Origin: an uncultured Planctomycetaceae bacterium
GTDB lineage: Bacteria > Planctomycetota > Planctomycetia > Pirellulales > PALSA-1355
Assembly (NCBI GenBank): GCA_963785305.1
Contig: CAWAUV010000004.1
Span: 256,001-320,000, forward strand
DNA length: 64,000 nucleotides
Direction: 5' to 3'
The position numbers were made by a program, and so were the translations under genes. Below the pieces are notes generated by a model. It had not been told where the DNA came from. It saw nothing but the letters and a program-made list of their open reading frames with translations, and made no database searches. Below, piece by piece: positions 8,177 through 19,619 of this stretch; position 1 is the stretch's first letter, and each line of letters starts with the position of its first letter.

Positions 8177-8217
8177 TTGCAAATCCACCACCGTGGGTTC
8201 GACTCCCACCGGCGCCT
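8175..8217 (+). mobile_element. att site: 3' half of tRNA-Cys(GCA)
   Basis: GA-TTGCAAA-TCCAC anticodon arm remnant, T arm GTGGG-TTCGACT-CCCAC, acceptor 3' strand CGGCGCC and discriminator T. No D arm or 5' acceptor strand upstream. Confidence 0.88.
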
Positions 8218-8445
8218 CTGAAAAGCTTCCAGCCCCGGTACGGGCGGAGGCATGATGAAAATCGCGGTTGGTGGTCGGGGCGAGGCGCACATGCTCCTCG
8301 CCGCCGGGGGTCGAGCTATCAGCCTGTTGAAAAATGCCCTCGTGGCATAATTCAACCTCGCCAAACGCCGAGCAAAGCTCGTCGCTCGAATACATTGCCC
8401 TGCCGCTCTTGGCGGCCGATCAAGGCGCCGGCGAGGCAGGCTTGC

Positions 8446-9168
8446 TCACGAGCCGCTCTTCGGCGGCGCGGTGATCTTGTCGTCGGGCACTCCCAGGGCT
8501 CGCAGCACGCCGATCGCCATCAGGGCATCGCCCCGGGGATTCATATGCACGCCGTCGCCGGTGAGCATCTTGTCTTTCATGTCGGCCGGCTTCTTGGCCA
8601 GCACATCGAGAAACATTTGATGCAGATCGGCGATTAGGCAGTGCTTTTCGGCCGCGATGCCTTTCTCGGCGGCGACATATTCCACGAGCCGCTTGTTGCC
8701 TTCGCTCGCAGGGTCTTCATGAATCACGGTCGGAGTGAGCAGCACCACTTTGATGCCGGCGCTTTGCGCGTCTTCGACCATTTTGCGAACATTGGCGGTG
8801 TAGGCCGCCAGCACCTCGGGATCATGCGGCTTCTTCTCGCGATGCCACACATCATTGATGCCGATGCTGAGGGTGACGATCGCCGGCTTGCGATCGATCA
8901 CGTCTTTTTGAAATCGCTTCACCAAGTCTTCGGCCTTCTGCCCGCTGATGCCCACATTGATGATCTTTGGCAAATGATAGTCGGGATATTGCTCGGCCAA
9001 CACTTTGTCGATGTCGCGCAGGTAGCCGCCACCCTGCGTGATCGAATCGCCGATCGCCACGATCTGGTCGCCGGGCTTGATTTGCAATTCGCGAGCCGGC
9101 TCGGGCGCGGGACCAAGCAACTGGATCAATCCGGCCAAAATACCGGTCAAACTTTCGGCAAGTTTCAT
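8446..9168 (-). CDS. SGNH/GDSL hydrolase family protein
   Basis: GDSIT, GISG, IGINDVW and DGVH blocks. Confidence 0.92.
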   Translation of the reverse strand: MKLAESLTGILAGLIQLLGPAPEPARELQIKPGDQIVAIGDSITQGGGYLRDIDKVLAEQYPDYHLPKIINVGISGQKAEDLVKRFQKDVIDRKPAIVTLSIGINDVWHREKKPHDPEVLAAYTANVRKMVEDAQSAGIKVVLLTPTVIHEDPASEGNKRLVEYVAAEKGIAAEKHCLIADLHQMFLDVLAKKPADMKDKMLTGDGVHMNPRGDALMAIGVLRALGVPDDKITAPPKSGS

Positions 9169-9478
9169 GGTGGGAACTCCTCGAAGGGCGGAAGGCTGGG
9201 GGTGACAGGCGGCGGAACCGACGGCGAACTCGCGAGCCGCTCGGTGGGCTTCGAGCGCCGCGTGGCCTACGATAACAACCGCCGCGGGGCCCCGCCAGCT
9301 TTTTCTCGAACATTTTTCCGTGGCCCGGCGCCAACCGGTTTTCGCGAAGCGCGTGACTCGCGGCGGGGTTGGCCCTCGGGCGCCGAGCGCTATAATCCTG
9401 TTGCAATCACGCGGGGACGCCGCGTTCGTTTTCGCTCCGTTGTTCGATCCCTCCAGCCCCGCGAGAGTTTTGCCCCGC

Positions 9479-10896
9479 ATGACCCCACTGAACAAGCCGA
9501 CGAATCTGGCCGAGCTCCGCGCGAGCGGCTGGGTGTCGAAAACCGTCAAGCACGAGATTCACGACAACTTCCTGGCCCGGCTGGCGCACGGCGATGGCGA
9601 CCTCTTTCCCGGCATCGTGGGCTATGAAGACACGGTGTTGCCTGAAATCAACATCGCCATCTTGGCCGGCCACGACATGCTGTTTCTCGGCGAGAAGGGG
9701 CAGGCCAAGAGCCGATTGATGCGATCGATCGTCGGCTTTTTGGACGACGCGATCCCCTATATCGATATTCAGGAGGCCCCGCTGCACGACGACCCCTTGC
9801 GGCCGATCACGCGAGTTTGCAAGCGATTTCTGGCCGACACGCCCGCGGAGCGCGTGCCGATTGGCTGGTGGCCGCGAGACGAGCGCTATGCGGAGCGGCT
9901 GGCGCCGGGCACCAAGTTTGCTGACATCATCGGCGAGATCGACCCGGCCCGGCTGGCCGGAGGCGTGAGCATGTCGGCCGAAGAGGCGCTCAGCTTCGGG
10001 CTCATTCCGCGGATGCATCGCGGCGTGTTCGCCATGAACGAACTGCCGGAGCTCGACGAACTGGTGCAAGTGGGGTTGTTCAATATCTTGGAAGAGCGCG
10101 ATGTGCAGATTCGCGGCTATCCGGTGAAGTTCGATATCGACGTGCTCTTGCTTTTCTCGGCGAATCCGTCGACCTACAACCGTAGCGGCAAGGTGATTCC
10201 GCAGCTTAAGGACCGGATCGGCTCGGTGATACACACGCATTACCCGCGCGAGCGCGATTTGGGTATTCAGATCATGGAGCAAGAAGCGGCAATCGCCACC
10301 GGCGGCGCGTTTCCGGTGGTTGTGCCGTTTTTCATGAAGCAGATCATCGAGGAGTTGAGCGTGGCGGCGCGGCGCTCGAAATATGTAGATCATCAGTCGG
10401 GCGTGAGCGCCAGGTTCAGCATCGCCAACTATCGCACGATGGTCGCCTCGGCCCGGCAGCGCGGGTGCTGCTCGGCGAGCGGCCGGCCGTGCCGAGGGTG
10501 AGCGATCTGGCGCATTTGGTCAGTTCATCGCTCGGCAAGCTCGAGCTCGACCTGATGGGCAGTCACCAGATGGGCGAGCGGCAAGTGCTCGAGGCCCTCG
10601 TGGCCGAGAGCATTCGCAATGTGTTCGACGAATATATCGATCGCCACGGACTGGCCGAGATCGCCGAAATTTTTTCGCAAGGCGTCAAAATCGAAGTGGG
10701 CGATCTGCTGCCGAGCGCCGCCTATGCCGACCGGTTGAGCCGAGTGCCGCCGGCTTGGGACAAAGCCTTCGAAGTCAATGCTTCGAGCGATCCGGCGATG
10801 CGGGCTTCGTGTGTCGAGTTCGTGCTGGCCGGGCTCTACGCCACCGACCGCATCTCGCGCGCCGAGCGCCACGGACGCATTACCTACGAGGTGTGA
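9479..10896 (+). CDS. Magnesium-chelatase-like AAA+ ATPase (frameshift near 10462)
   Basis: GEKGQAKS Walker [24 protein letters not shown] and QLKDRIG. The C-terminus continues in ORF 10465-10896. Confidence 0.85.
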
Positions 10897-10937
10897 ATAG
10901 TGCATTGTCACAATTGAAATGACGGGTTGGATTGGTT

Positions 10938-11030
10938 CCGTGGCGCCATGCCCACGGCCCTGCGTGGGCATGAGGACTCCGCGTGGCGCTCGAAAACATG
11001 CCCACGCTGGGCGTGGGCATGGCGCCACGG
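10938..11030. repeat. REP-like palindromic element between convergent genes
   Basis: CCGTGGCGCCATGCCCACG...CGTGGGCATGGCGCCACGG with two internal CATGCCCACG-CGTGGGCATG hairpins. The same core occurs at 51828-51851. Confidence 0.75.
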
Positions 11031-11131
11031 GGTCACCTATCATTTCAGCCGTGACAAAGCACTAGCATCAAAGGAACTTCCCGCGCGTCGCGGGGCAAGC
11101 CGGCGATGCCGAAAGCCGGCGCGACGGTTAC

Positions 11132-11575
11132 TCAGGGGCCTTCCATTTCGTCGATGTATTTGCGGAGCCGCTCGACTTCGTCGGTGATGTGGCGAAGCTT
11201 GAGCATGTTTTCGACCCGCTTCACGAGCTCGAGCTTATTGACCGGCTTGGACAAAAAGTCATCGGTGCCGGCCTGCACGGCCCGCTCGATATCGCCGAGC
11301 TCATTGAGGGCCGTGACCATGAGGATCATGATGTTGCGCGTGGCCCGATCGCTCTTGAGCTTCTGGCAAACCTCGAAACCGCTCAGTTTGGGCATCATCA
11401 CATCGAGCAGGATCAGGTCGGGCCGAAACTCGGCGACTTTATCGAGCGTGTCGCGGCCATCGACGGCCACGGCCATCTCGCAGTCGACGCCGCTGAGGTA
11501 GGCCTCGAGCAGTTCGACATTGGGGCCGTTGTCGTCGGCGATCAGAATACGGCTTCGTGCGTTGGTGCTTGTCAT
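11132..11575 (-). CDS. Response regulator receiver protein
   Basis: ILIADD, LILLDVMMPKLSG, MVTA and FLSKP motifs, with a short coiled-coil tail. Confidence 0.92.
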   Translation of the reverse strand: MTSTNARSRILIADDNGPNVELLEAYLSGVDCEMAVAVDGRDTLDKVAEFRPDLILLDVMMPKLSGFEVCQKLKSDRATRNIMILMVTALNELGDIERAVQAGTDDFLSKPVNKLELVKRVENMLKLRHITDEVERLRKYIDEMEGP

Positions 11576-11778
11576 CGCCTTCCGGGCGCCCCCTGGGCGG
11601 GAAAAAATTGGTCGGGCTCGCCTCGACTCGAAGCGGCGCCGCGCCCATATATATAAACGCTGATTATAGCGCCGCCACCCGGCGGAGAGAATGGCCCTTT
11701 TGTGCTGGTCGCCATGCCCATGCGATTATCACCGACTGCCGCGGGGGGCGCCGACAAGCGACGGGGTCCGCCGCACGC

Positions 11779-14589
11779 TTACTTCACGACAAAGTTCACC
11801 ATCCGCCCCGGCGCCACCACCACTTTTACCACCTGCTTGCCGGCCAGCAGTTCGGCGATGCGCGGCTCGCCGCGGGCGGCCGTTTCGATCGCGGCTTTAT
11901 CAGCCCCGGTCGGGCACACGACCTTGCCGCGCAGCTTGCCATTGATCTGCACCGGAATCTCGACCGTGTCGCTCTTGAGCATCTCGGGCAGACACTTCGG
12001 CCACGGCTCATGGGCCAAGGTATCGGGATGTCCCAGCAGGCGCCACAACTCCTCGGCCATGTGCGGAGCAAACGGAGCGAGCAGCAGCACGAGTTGCTCC
12101 ATCGCCTCGCGCGGACGCGTGTCGAGCTTCAGGAAGAAGTTCGTGAACTCCATCATCTTGGCGATCGCGGTGTTGAAACTCAGCCGTTCGAGATCGTGGG
12201 TCACGCCGTGAATCGTGCGGTGGAGCATGCGCAGCTCGTCGACCGTGGGCGGCGTGTCGCGCACCGCGGGATTCAGCTCCAGCGTCTCGCTCCGCTCGCT
12301 CGTGATCATGCGCCACACGCGGTCCAGGAACCCACGCACTCCGCTCACGCCCTCCATGCTCCAGGGCTTCGTGGCCTCGAGCGGTCCCATGAACATCTCG
12401 TAGAGCCGGAGCGCGTCGGCGCCGTATTCCCGCACCACCACATCGGGATTCACGACATTGCCGCGGGACTTCGACATTTTATGGGCCCGACTTTCGAGCC
12501 GGATCGAGGGCTCGGCGGCGAGCACGAAACCTTCGCCCCGCTTCTCGACCGCGCTGGCCGGCGCCCGCACCGGCTTGCCGCCCAGGCTCTCGGCCTCATT
12601 GGGCTGAATCCAGCGGCCATCGGGCGATTGGTAGCCGGTGATCTCGATCTCGCCCAGGATCATGCCTTGATTGACGAGCTTTTGAAACGGCTCGATGGTG
12701 CTGACGTGCCCGCGATCGTAGAGCACTTTGTGCCAAAATCGCGAATAGAGCAGATGCAGCACGGCGTGTTCCGCTCCGCCGATATACAGATCGACCGGCA
12801 TCCAGGCCTTTTCAATTTCGGGGTCGACGAACTGGGCGTTGTTCCTCGGGTCGAGAAACCGCAGGTAATACCAGCAGGAGCCGGCCCACTGCGGCATGCT
12901 ATTGGTCTCGCGCTTGTAACGTTTGCCATCGAGGGTCACATAGAGCCAGTCACGGGGCGCTTGTTCGAGCGGCGGCTCGGGACTGCCGTGGTCCTTGTAT
13001 TCCGTCAGTTCCGGCAGGTTGACCGGCAGCGCGGTCTCGGCCACCGGGCGCACGCGGCCGGTGAGATTGCCGGCGGAATCGAGCTCGTGGAGAATCGGAA
13101 ACGGCTCGCCCCAAAAATGTTGTCGGCTAAAGAGCCAGTCGCGCAGTTTGTAGTTGACCGCCGCCCGAGCCACGCCGCGCTCGGCAAGTTCGGCCACGAT
13201 GCGCCGCTTGACCTCGGCCGTGGGAAGGCCGTCAAACGGGCCTGAGTTGATTGCGGCGCCCTCGCCCGGAAAAACAGCTAAACCAGCCAACACGCGCTCG
13301 CGGCTGGCATCGTCGGCGCCGGGATCGACCACGGCGCGAATTGGAATGCCAAACTGTTGGGCGAATTCAAAGTCGCGAGTGTCGTGGGCCGGCACTGCCA
13401 TGATCGCGCCGGTTCCATAGCTGGCGAGCACATAGTCGGCGATCCAGATCGGCGTGGGCTCGCCATTGGCGGGATTGATGGCATGCGCCCCGATGAAGAC
13501 GCCGGTCTTTTGCTTGGCCAAGTCGGTGCGGTCGAGATCGCTTTTGCGGGTCGCCTCTTCGCAGTAACGCGCGACGGCTTGGGCCTGCTCAGGAGTGGTG
13601 AGGCTCGCCACCAGCGGATGTTCGGGCGCGAGCACCATGTATGTGGCGCCGAAGAGCGTGTCGGGCCGGGTAGTGTAAACGCGGATCACATCGTCGCCGG
13701 GTCGATGGGGAAAACCGCTCTGGGCGCGGCCTTGGGTCCAAGCGTCGGGCGGCTTGGCGCCACTCGCTGGAGTGAGGATCTGAAAATCAACCTCGGCGCC
13801 TTCGCTGCGGCCGATCCAGTTGCGCTGCGACGCCTTGATGCTTTCCGACCAGTCGAGCCCCTCGAGGTCTTTCTCCAGCCGATCAGCATACGCGGTGATT
13901 CGCAGCATCCACTGCCGCAGCGGAATGCGAGCCACTGGATGCCCGCCGCGCTCGCTCACTCCGCCGATGACTTCTTCATTGGCGAGCACCGTGCCCAAGG
14001 CCGGGCACCAATTCACGGGGGCCGACGATTGATAGGCCAGCCGGTGGTCGTCGCGATAGCGCTCGATCGCAACGTCGCCCTGGGCCGCGATCTCGGCCGG
14101 AATCGGCAGCTCGGCGATCGGGCGGCCCTGTTGGCGGTTGGCGTCGAACCAGGTGTCGAACAATTGGAGAAATATCCACTGGGTCCAGCGAAAATACTCG
14201 GGATCGGTCGTGGCGATTTCGCGATCCCAGTCGTAGCTGAAGCCGAGCATTTTCAGTTGGCGGCGAAACGCGCCGATGTTTTTTTCGGTCGTCAGTCGCG
14301 GCGGCGTGCCGGTTTTTTTGGCATATTGCTCGGCGGGCAGGCCGAAGGCGTCCCAGCCCATGGGGTGCATGACCGTATCGCCTTGCATGCGCCGCCAGCG
14401 CGAAATGATATCGGTGGCCGTGTAGCCTTCGGGATGCCCGACATGCAGCCCCTCGCCGCTCGGATAGGGGAACATGTCGAGCGCGTAGAGCTTCTTGCCC
14501 TGGGGCATGGCGGGGGCGGCGAACGTGCCCCGAGTTTCCCAGTATTCTTGCCAGCGGGGCTCGATCTCGGCCGGGTTGTAGCGAGGCAT
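11779..14589 (-). CDS. leuS: Leucine--tRNA ligase
   Basis: [14 protein letters not shown] (HIGH), [13 protein letters not shown] editing domain and KMSKS. Confidence 0.98.
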   Translation of the reverse strand: MPRYNPAEIEPRWQEYWETRGTFAAPAMPQGKKLYALDMFPYPSGEGLHVGHPEGYTATDIISRWRRMQGDTVMHPMGWDAFGLPAEQYAKKTGTPPRLTTEKNIGAFRRQLKMLGFSYDWDREIATTDPEYFRWTQWIFLQLFDTWFDANRQQGRPIAELPIPAEIAAQGDVAIERYRDDHRLAYQSSAPVNWCPALGTVLANEEVIGGVSERGGHPVARIPLRQWMLRITAYADRLEKDLEGLDWSESIKASQRNWIGRSEGAEVDFQILTPASGAKPPDAWTQGRAQSGFPHRPGDDVIRVYTTRPDTLFGATYMVLAPEHPLVASLTTPEQAQAVARYCEEATRKSDLDRTDLAKQKTGVFIGAHAINPANGEPTPIWIADYVLASYGTGAIMAVPAHDTRDFEFAQQFGIPIRAVVDPGADDASRERVLAGLAVFPGEGAAINSGPFDGLPTAEVKRRIVAELAERGVARAAVNYKLRDWLFSRQHFWGEPFPILHELDSAGNLTGRVRPVAETALPVNLPELTEYKDHGSPEPPLEQAPRDWLYVTLDGKRYKRETNSMPQWAGSCWYYLRFLDPRNNAQFVDPEIEKAWMPVDLYIGGAEHAVLHLLYSRFWHKVLYDRGHVSTIEPFQKLVNQGMILGEIEITGYQSPDGRWIQPNEAESLGGKPVRAPASAVEKRGEGFVLAAEPSIRLESRAHKMSKSRGNVVNPDVVVREYGADALRLYEMFMGPLEATKPWSMEGVSGVRGFLDRVWRMITSERSETLELNPAVRDTPPTVDELRMLHRTIHGVTHDLERLSFNTAIAKMMEFTNFFLKLDTRPREAMEQLVLLLAPFAPHMAEELWRLLGHPDTLAHEPWPKCLPEMLKSDTVEIPVQINGKLRGKVVCPTGADKAAIETAARGEPRIAELLAGKQVVKVVVAPGRMVNFVVK

Positions 14590-14778
14590 CGTTGAATTCG
14601 ATCCGATGAAAACGAAAGGAATGAAGTCCGGCGATTCTAATGCCTTGCCGGGCATGCGGCAAACGCCGCTGCGGGGCGCCAAGCGGGCCAGTCGCGTTTG
14701 ACACCCGGCCGGCGTCCGGCCGATAATTCTCCTGCCCGCCGCCGGCCTTCCTCAACCGCCTCGCATGCTCGGATCGCC

Positions 14779-16139
14779 ATGAAAGCCGACTCGCCCGCCG
14801 CCGAACCCGATCTGCCCGTGGGCGAGGCCGGTTGGCGTCGACCCCGGGGGCGCCGAGCTTGGGCTCCGCCGAGGCCAGCGTGCCGGTGAGCCAGCGCGGA
14901 TTTTGGCGCAAGCTGCTCGCGTTTTCCGGACCGGGCCTCTTGGTGTCGGTCGGCTACATGGACCCGGGCAATTGGGCCACCGATCTCGAGGGCGGCTCGC
15001 GCTTCGGCTTCACGCTCTTGTCGGTGGTGCTGATCTCGAATTTGCTGGCCATGCTCCTGCAGCACTTGGCGCTCAAGCTGGGCATTGTGTCGGGTCGCGA
15101 TCTGGCCCAGGCCTGCCGCGACAACTACTCTCGCCCCACGGTGTTTATTCTCTGGGTGCTGTGCGAGGTGGCGATCGCCGCTTGCGACTTGGCCGAGGTG
15201 ATCGGCTCGGCGATCGCGCTACAACTTCTCTTTGACCTGCCGCTCGTGGCGGGTGTGTTGCTCACGGCGCTCGATGTGCTGCTGGTGCTGTTTTTGCAAA
15301 ACAAGAATTTCCGCTCGATCGAGTTTCTGGTGGTGGGACTCATCGCGGTGATTGGAGCATGCTTTGCTTATGAACTGCTCGTGCTGCGGCCCGATCTCGG
15401 GGCCGTGCTGCGGGGTTTCGTGCCCACTCCGGAAATCGTTCACAATCCCCGCATGCTCTATATCGCCGTCGGCATTCTCGGCGCCACCGTGATGCCGCAC
15501 AACTTGTATTTGCATAGCAGCATCGTGCAGACCCGGGCCTACGAGCGTTCCCAGCCGGGCCGGCGAATGGCGATTCGCTTCGCGACGCTCGATTCGTGCG
15601 TCGCGCTGTTCTTCGCGTTTTTCATCAATGCGGCGATTCTCATGCTCAGCGCCGCGGCCTTTCACCAGCCCGGGCACGAAGTGGTCGATGACCTGGGAAA
15701 CGCCTATATGCTGCTTTCAAAGGCGATGCCGCAATCGTTGGCGGCCTCGTTTTTCGCGATCGCGCTGCTGGCCGCGGGACAGAATTCAACCCTTACCGGC
15801 ACCATGGCCGGGCAGATCGTGATGGAAGGCTTTCTCGAGCTGCGGTTGCGGCCCTGGGTGCGGCGACTTATCACGCGGCTCGTGGCGATCGTGCCAGCGG
15901 TGTTGGTGGCCATTTGGTATGGAGAGACGGGCATCAATCGCCTGCTGATACTCAGCCAAGTGATTCTCTCGCTGCAACTGAGCTTCGCGGTCGTGCCGCT
16001 GGTGATGTTCACGAGCGACCGGCGAAAGATGGGGCCATTTGTCAATCCGTGGTGGCTCGCGGCGCTGGCCTGGCTGGCGACGGCGATTATTTTGGGATTG
16101 AACAGTCTGATGCTGTTTGGCGGGCTCAACCCGGATTAG
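14779..16139 (+). CDS. mntH: Nramp family Mn2+/Fe2+ transporter (frameshift near 14850 in a G run)
   Basis: GYMDPGNW, GATVMPHNLYLH and GTMAGQIVMEGF. The N-terminus MKADS...GWRRPRG is in another frame. Confidence 0.93.
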
Positions 16140-16220
16140 ACGAACCGCCTCGCTCTTGGCCGCGCTGAGTGAAACACGGACCCCTTGCGATTATTTTTTC
16201 GTCCGCGAGACGCCCTGACC

Positions 16221-16652
16221 ATGTACCGCCATATTTGCGTTCCCCTGGAAAACTCGCCGGCCGACGAAGCCATTTTGCAGCACATTCGCGGGCTCGCGCG
16301 GCTGACCGGCGCCCGGCTCACGCTGATGCACGTGGCCGATGGTTTCATGGCCCGCAATCAGACACGTCTGGGGTTCGACGAATCCGATGAAATGCGGGCC
16401 GATCGGGCATATCTCGAACGCCGCCGCCGCGAGTTGGCCGAAGAAGGATTCGAGGTCGAGGTGGTGCTGGCCTGCGGCGAGCCGGCGGCCAAGATTCCCG
16501 AAGTGGTCGAGGAGTTGGGCTGCGACTTGATCGCGATGTCGACCCACGGCCATCGCTTTCTCAGCGACCTGATCCTCGGCAGCGTCGCCTCGGCGGTGCG
16601 CCACCGCACCATGACCCCGGTGCTGCTGGTGCGAGCGCCGAGCAAAGGGTGA
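16221..16652 (+). CDS. Universal stress protein
   Basis: YRHICVPLE, DLIAMSTHG and LGSVASAVRH...PVLLVR. Confidence 0.92.
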   Translation: MYRHICVPLENSPADEAILQHIRGLARLTGARLTLMHVADGFMARNQTRLGFDESDEMRADRAYLERRRRELAEEGFEVEVVLACGEPAAKIPEVVEELGCDLIAMSTHGHRFLSDLILGSVASAVRHRTMTPVLLVRAPSKG

Positions 16653-16698
16653 CATGAACAGGCCCCAGGCGGAACACGTCTCGCGGCGAGTCCGGCCG

Positions 16699-17658
16699 TC
16701 ATGCCTTTTTTATCAGCCCGCGCAGCGTTCTCAGGTTCACGAGGTCCATCTCTTCGCCCGCCTCGCGTTCCTTGCGAGTTTCGAGGTACATCGGCGTGTT
16801 GCGGAAGCGGCGGTCGTTGAGCAACAGGCTGAAGGCTTCGAGCCCGATCTTGCCGCGGCCAATGTGGTCGTGGCGATCGATGCGCGAGCCGAGGGCGCCC
16901 TTGCTGTCGTTGAGGTGAAAGGCCCGCACTCGCTCGAGGCCCACCAGTTTGTCGAGTTCGCGGAGCGTGGCCAAGTAGTCGGCCTTCGGGCTTAGTGGAT
17001 AGCCGGCGGCGAACACGTGGCATGTGTCGAAGCATACCGCCAGGCGCTCGGGCCGGCGAACTCGGCGAATAATCTCGGCCAAGTGCTCGAACTTCCAACC
17101 CAAGCATGAGCCTTGCCCGGCCGTGAGCTCGAGCAGCGTGCCCACGGCCAAGTCCTCCGTGGCGGCGTCGACGATATCGAGCGCCGCCGCCACTCGCTCC
17201 AGGCCCTCGGCTTCGGTCGAAGAGGTGTGGGCGCCCGGATGCGTGACCACCCAGGCCAGCCCGAGCTTTTCGGCCCGGCGCAGTTCATGGATGAAGGCGG
17301 CGATCGAGCGGGCCCACAGGGCGTCGTCGGAAGCGGCGAGGTTGATCAGATACGAATCGTGGGCGATCGGATGCGCGAGCTCGCTGGCGGCGAGCGCTTG
17401 GCGGAAGCGCTCGGCGTCGGCGTCGGCCACCGGCTTGGCTCGCCAGAGGGCGTCGTCGTGCGGGGCGGCGGCCGTTGTGGCCGTGGCGATTCGCGGCGCG
17501 GCGAAACGCCTCTTCGCCGCGGGCTTCACGCCGGTGACCGACCAAATCCGCGGGCTGCCGGTGAATATCTGCACACAGTCCATGCCCGCGGCCGTCGCGG
17601 CCTCGACCGCTTTGTGAAAGCCGCCGGCGATGCTCATGTGGGCGCCAAGCAGGGGCAT
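16699..17658 (-). CDS. nfo: Endonuclease IV
   Basis: LGAHMSIAGG, HDSYLINLAS, HPG, FDTCH, HLNDSK, DRHDHIG and LET. Confidence 0.95.
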   Translation of the reverse strand: MPLLGAHMSIAGGFHKAVEAATAAGMDCVQIFTGSPRIWSVTGVKPAAKRRFAAPRIATATTAAAPHDDALWRAKPVADADAERFRQALAASELAHPIAHDSYLINLAASDDALWARSIAAFIHELRRAEKLGLAWVVTHPGAHTSSTEAEGLERVAAALDIVDAATEDLAVGTLLELTAGQGSCLGWKFEHLAEIIRRVRRPERLAVCFDTCHVFAAGYPLSPKADYLATLRELDKLVGLERVRAFHLNDSKGALGSRIDRHDHIGRGKIGLEAFSLLLNDRRFRNTPMYLETRKEREAGEEMDLVNLRTLRGLIKKA

Positions 17659-17739
17659 CGTCGCGCGGGCTCCTCTCGCTCATGTCGTGGCTAGGCCGCG
17701 GCATCGCGCGGCGGACAACGGCAACCTTCGTCGCGGGTA

Positions 17740-19218
17740 TTATTCGACGGTCTCGGCATGGGCCGGTTCGGGCAGCCAAATGCAGAGGATCGTGGCCAAG
17801 AGATACACGCTCAGCCCGACAGTCGCCGCGGCGTAGGCAATGCTGGCCGATCGCGAGACGCCTTCCATGCCGGCAAAGAGCGGCGCGAGCACGATCAGCG
17901 CGAGCGGGTTGGCCCCGGTGCCGAGCATGCGCCCGCCCACATTGGCGGCAAAGCCTTCGCCGGTGCCGCGCAAATGGGTCGGATAAACGCGCGGCAGATA
18001 ATTGCCCCAGAAACTAAACTGAGCCACGGTGAAGAATCCCACGAGGGCGATGCCCCACTTGAGCAGTTCGAGGCTTCGCTCGGGCCCAAACTTGCCGGCG
18101 GCCGGTCCCCAAAACACGAGCGGCACGATGACAAGTCCCGGCAGAAGAAACATCCACAGCAATTTCCGACGACTGACGATCCGCACCGCCAGCCAAGCCA
18201 AGACAAAGCGGCCGACGAGCCCGCCCATCTCCTGAAAAAGCTGCACATTGCCCACGGTCTGCTGTTGGGCCTTGTTCAACGGGCCGATTTCCTTCTTGAG
18301 CTCCTTGTATTTCGGATCGTCGGGCTTCGTGGCGCCGATTTCCTTTCGCAGTTTCACGATCTTGCCGAGCTCGGGCACCAGGCCGGGCACGATTTGCGGC
18401 GTGAGCTGGATCGCGCCGAACGCCGCGCCATAGCAGCAGGCAAATAGCGCCGTGGTGGTGAGCGTGGCACGGAGGAACCGCGGATGGAAGATCTCGGCCA
18501 CGCTCGGCCGTCGCAACGTTCCCAAGGCCCGCTTCTCCCGCCACATGGGCGACTCGGGCAAAAACGGCCGAATCAGAATCAGCGGAATCGCGGGAATGAG
18601 GCCCGAAATCAGCGTATAGCGCCAGGCGGCATGCTCGCCGTGGATGGCTGGGAGCACGGCGGCGTAGCTGATACAGAGTTTATAAGCGCCGGTCACCAGC
18701 AGGCCACCGATCGAGGAAAACGCCTGGGTGTATCCGAGCACCGCTTCGCGCTGCTTTCCGTTGGGAAACAGTTCGGAGAGCCACGCCACGGCCGCGACGA
18801 ACTCGACGCACACCCCGATAAACGTCGTCGAGCGAAAGACGAGCAGCATCGGCGCCGACGTGGCAAAGCCGGCCCCCACGGCCGAGAAGGCGTAGAGCAA
18901 AATGCTCCAGGTGAGCACGCGGCGCCGGCCCAACAAGTCGGTCAAATAACCGCCCAAGAGGCCGAAGATACCGCCCGAGACGGCGCTGCTCCACATGATA
19001 TAGCCGGTCCATTTGAGAATCGCGGCGTTGCCGGAGTCGGTGTCGGGATCGACGCCCAGGAGTTCCGAGAGCCCGGGCCGAGCCACGAGCGGCATCACGA
19101 GAAGTTCATAAATATCGAAGGCGAAGCCCATCGAGGCGATGAGCAAGATCAGCCAATGGATGCCGGTGAGCGTGGTTTTTTCCGAGGGATCGTGGGCCGA
19201 AGGCGCACCGGCGGTCAT
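17740..19218 (-). CDS. MFS transporter
   Basis: GFAFDIYE, GYLTDLLGRRR (motif A), multiple TM segments and YPTHLRGTG. Confidence 0.92.
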   Translation of the reverse strand: MTAGAPSAHDPSEKTTLTGIHWLILLIASMGFAFDIYELLVMPLVARPGLSELLGVDPDTDSGNAAILKWTGYIMWSSAVSGGIFGLLGGYLTDLLGRRRVLTWSILLYAFSAVGAGFATSAPMLLVFRSTTFIGVCVEFVAAVAWLSELFPNGKQREAVLGYTQAFSSIGGLLVTGAYKLCISYAAVLPAIHGEHAAWRYTLISGLIPAIPLILIRPFLPESPMWREKRALGTLRRPSVAEIFHPRFLRATLTTTALFACCYGAAFGAIQLTPQIVPGLVPELGKIVKLRKEIGATKPDDPKYKELKKEIGPLNKAQQQTVGNVQLFQEMGGLVGRFVLAWLAVRIVSRRKLLWMFLLPGLVIVPLVFWGPAAGKFGPERSLELLKWGIALVGFFTVAQFSFWGNYLPRVYPTHLRGTGEGFAANVGGRMLGTGANPLALIVLAPLFAGMEGVSRSASIAYAAATVGLSVYLLATILCIWLPEPAHAETVE

Positions 19219-19619
19219 GGTGTGTCTCCAAGAAAGATGGGCCTCGCGGGCTTCGAGGCGGAAGCTGGCAGTGGTCGATCTTATTGGCCGCGCCGGCGTC
19301 AAGCAAGCGCAACCGCGATGATTCGATTCAGATACGGAAAACCGCCGAGCGGGCCGAACGCCTCCTCCGATCGTGAACCAAGCCTTGCGATTTTGTCTTC
19401 CCGCGAAACCCGGAATTCCTCTTGCCCAAACAGACAAAGGTTGAATAATTCTCCGCGCGACGAAAAAAATGTTCGATCGCGCGGAACCTGCTTGTCGATA
19501 TTTCGGATCAATGGTATAAGCACGCGGGTTTTGCATGTCGCGCGATCCGGTCGCGGAGCGCTTTGGAGAGCGACGCCCGGGGAATGCGGCATGCGAGACG
19601 GTCGATCGTCTGATCGACG

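Larger units (their letters stand above)
1..8217. mobile_element. Integrated phage-like/satellite element (right part)
   Basis: Packaging genes, integrase and tRNA-derived att site. Host genes begin after 8217. Confidence 0.88.

Noticed and set aside
8146..8217. Complete tRNA-Cys gene
   Set aside because: There is no 5' acceptor strand (GGCGCCG) or D arm, and the anticodon stem 5' side mismatches. Only the att fragment is present.
11557..14595. Long plus-strand ORFs opposite leuS (similar ones lie opposite kamA, glgP and the MFS gene)
   Set aside because: These are antisense shadow ORFs typical of high-GC coding DNA.
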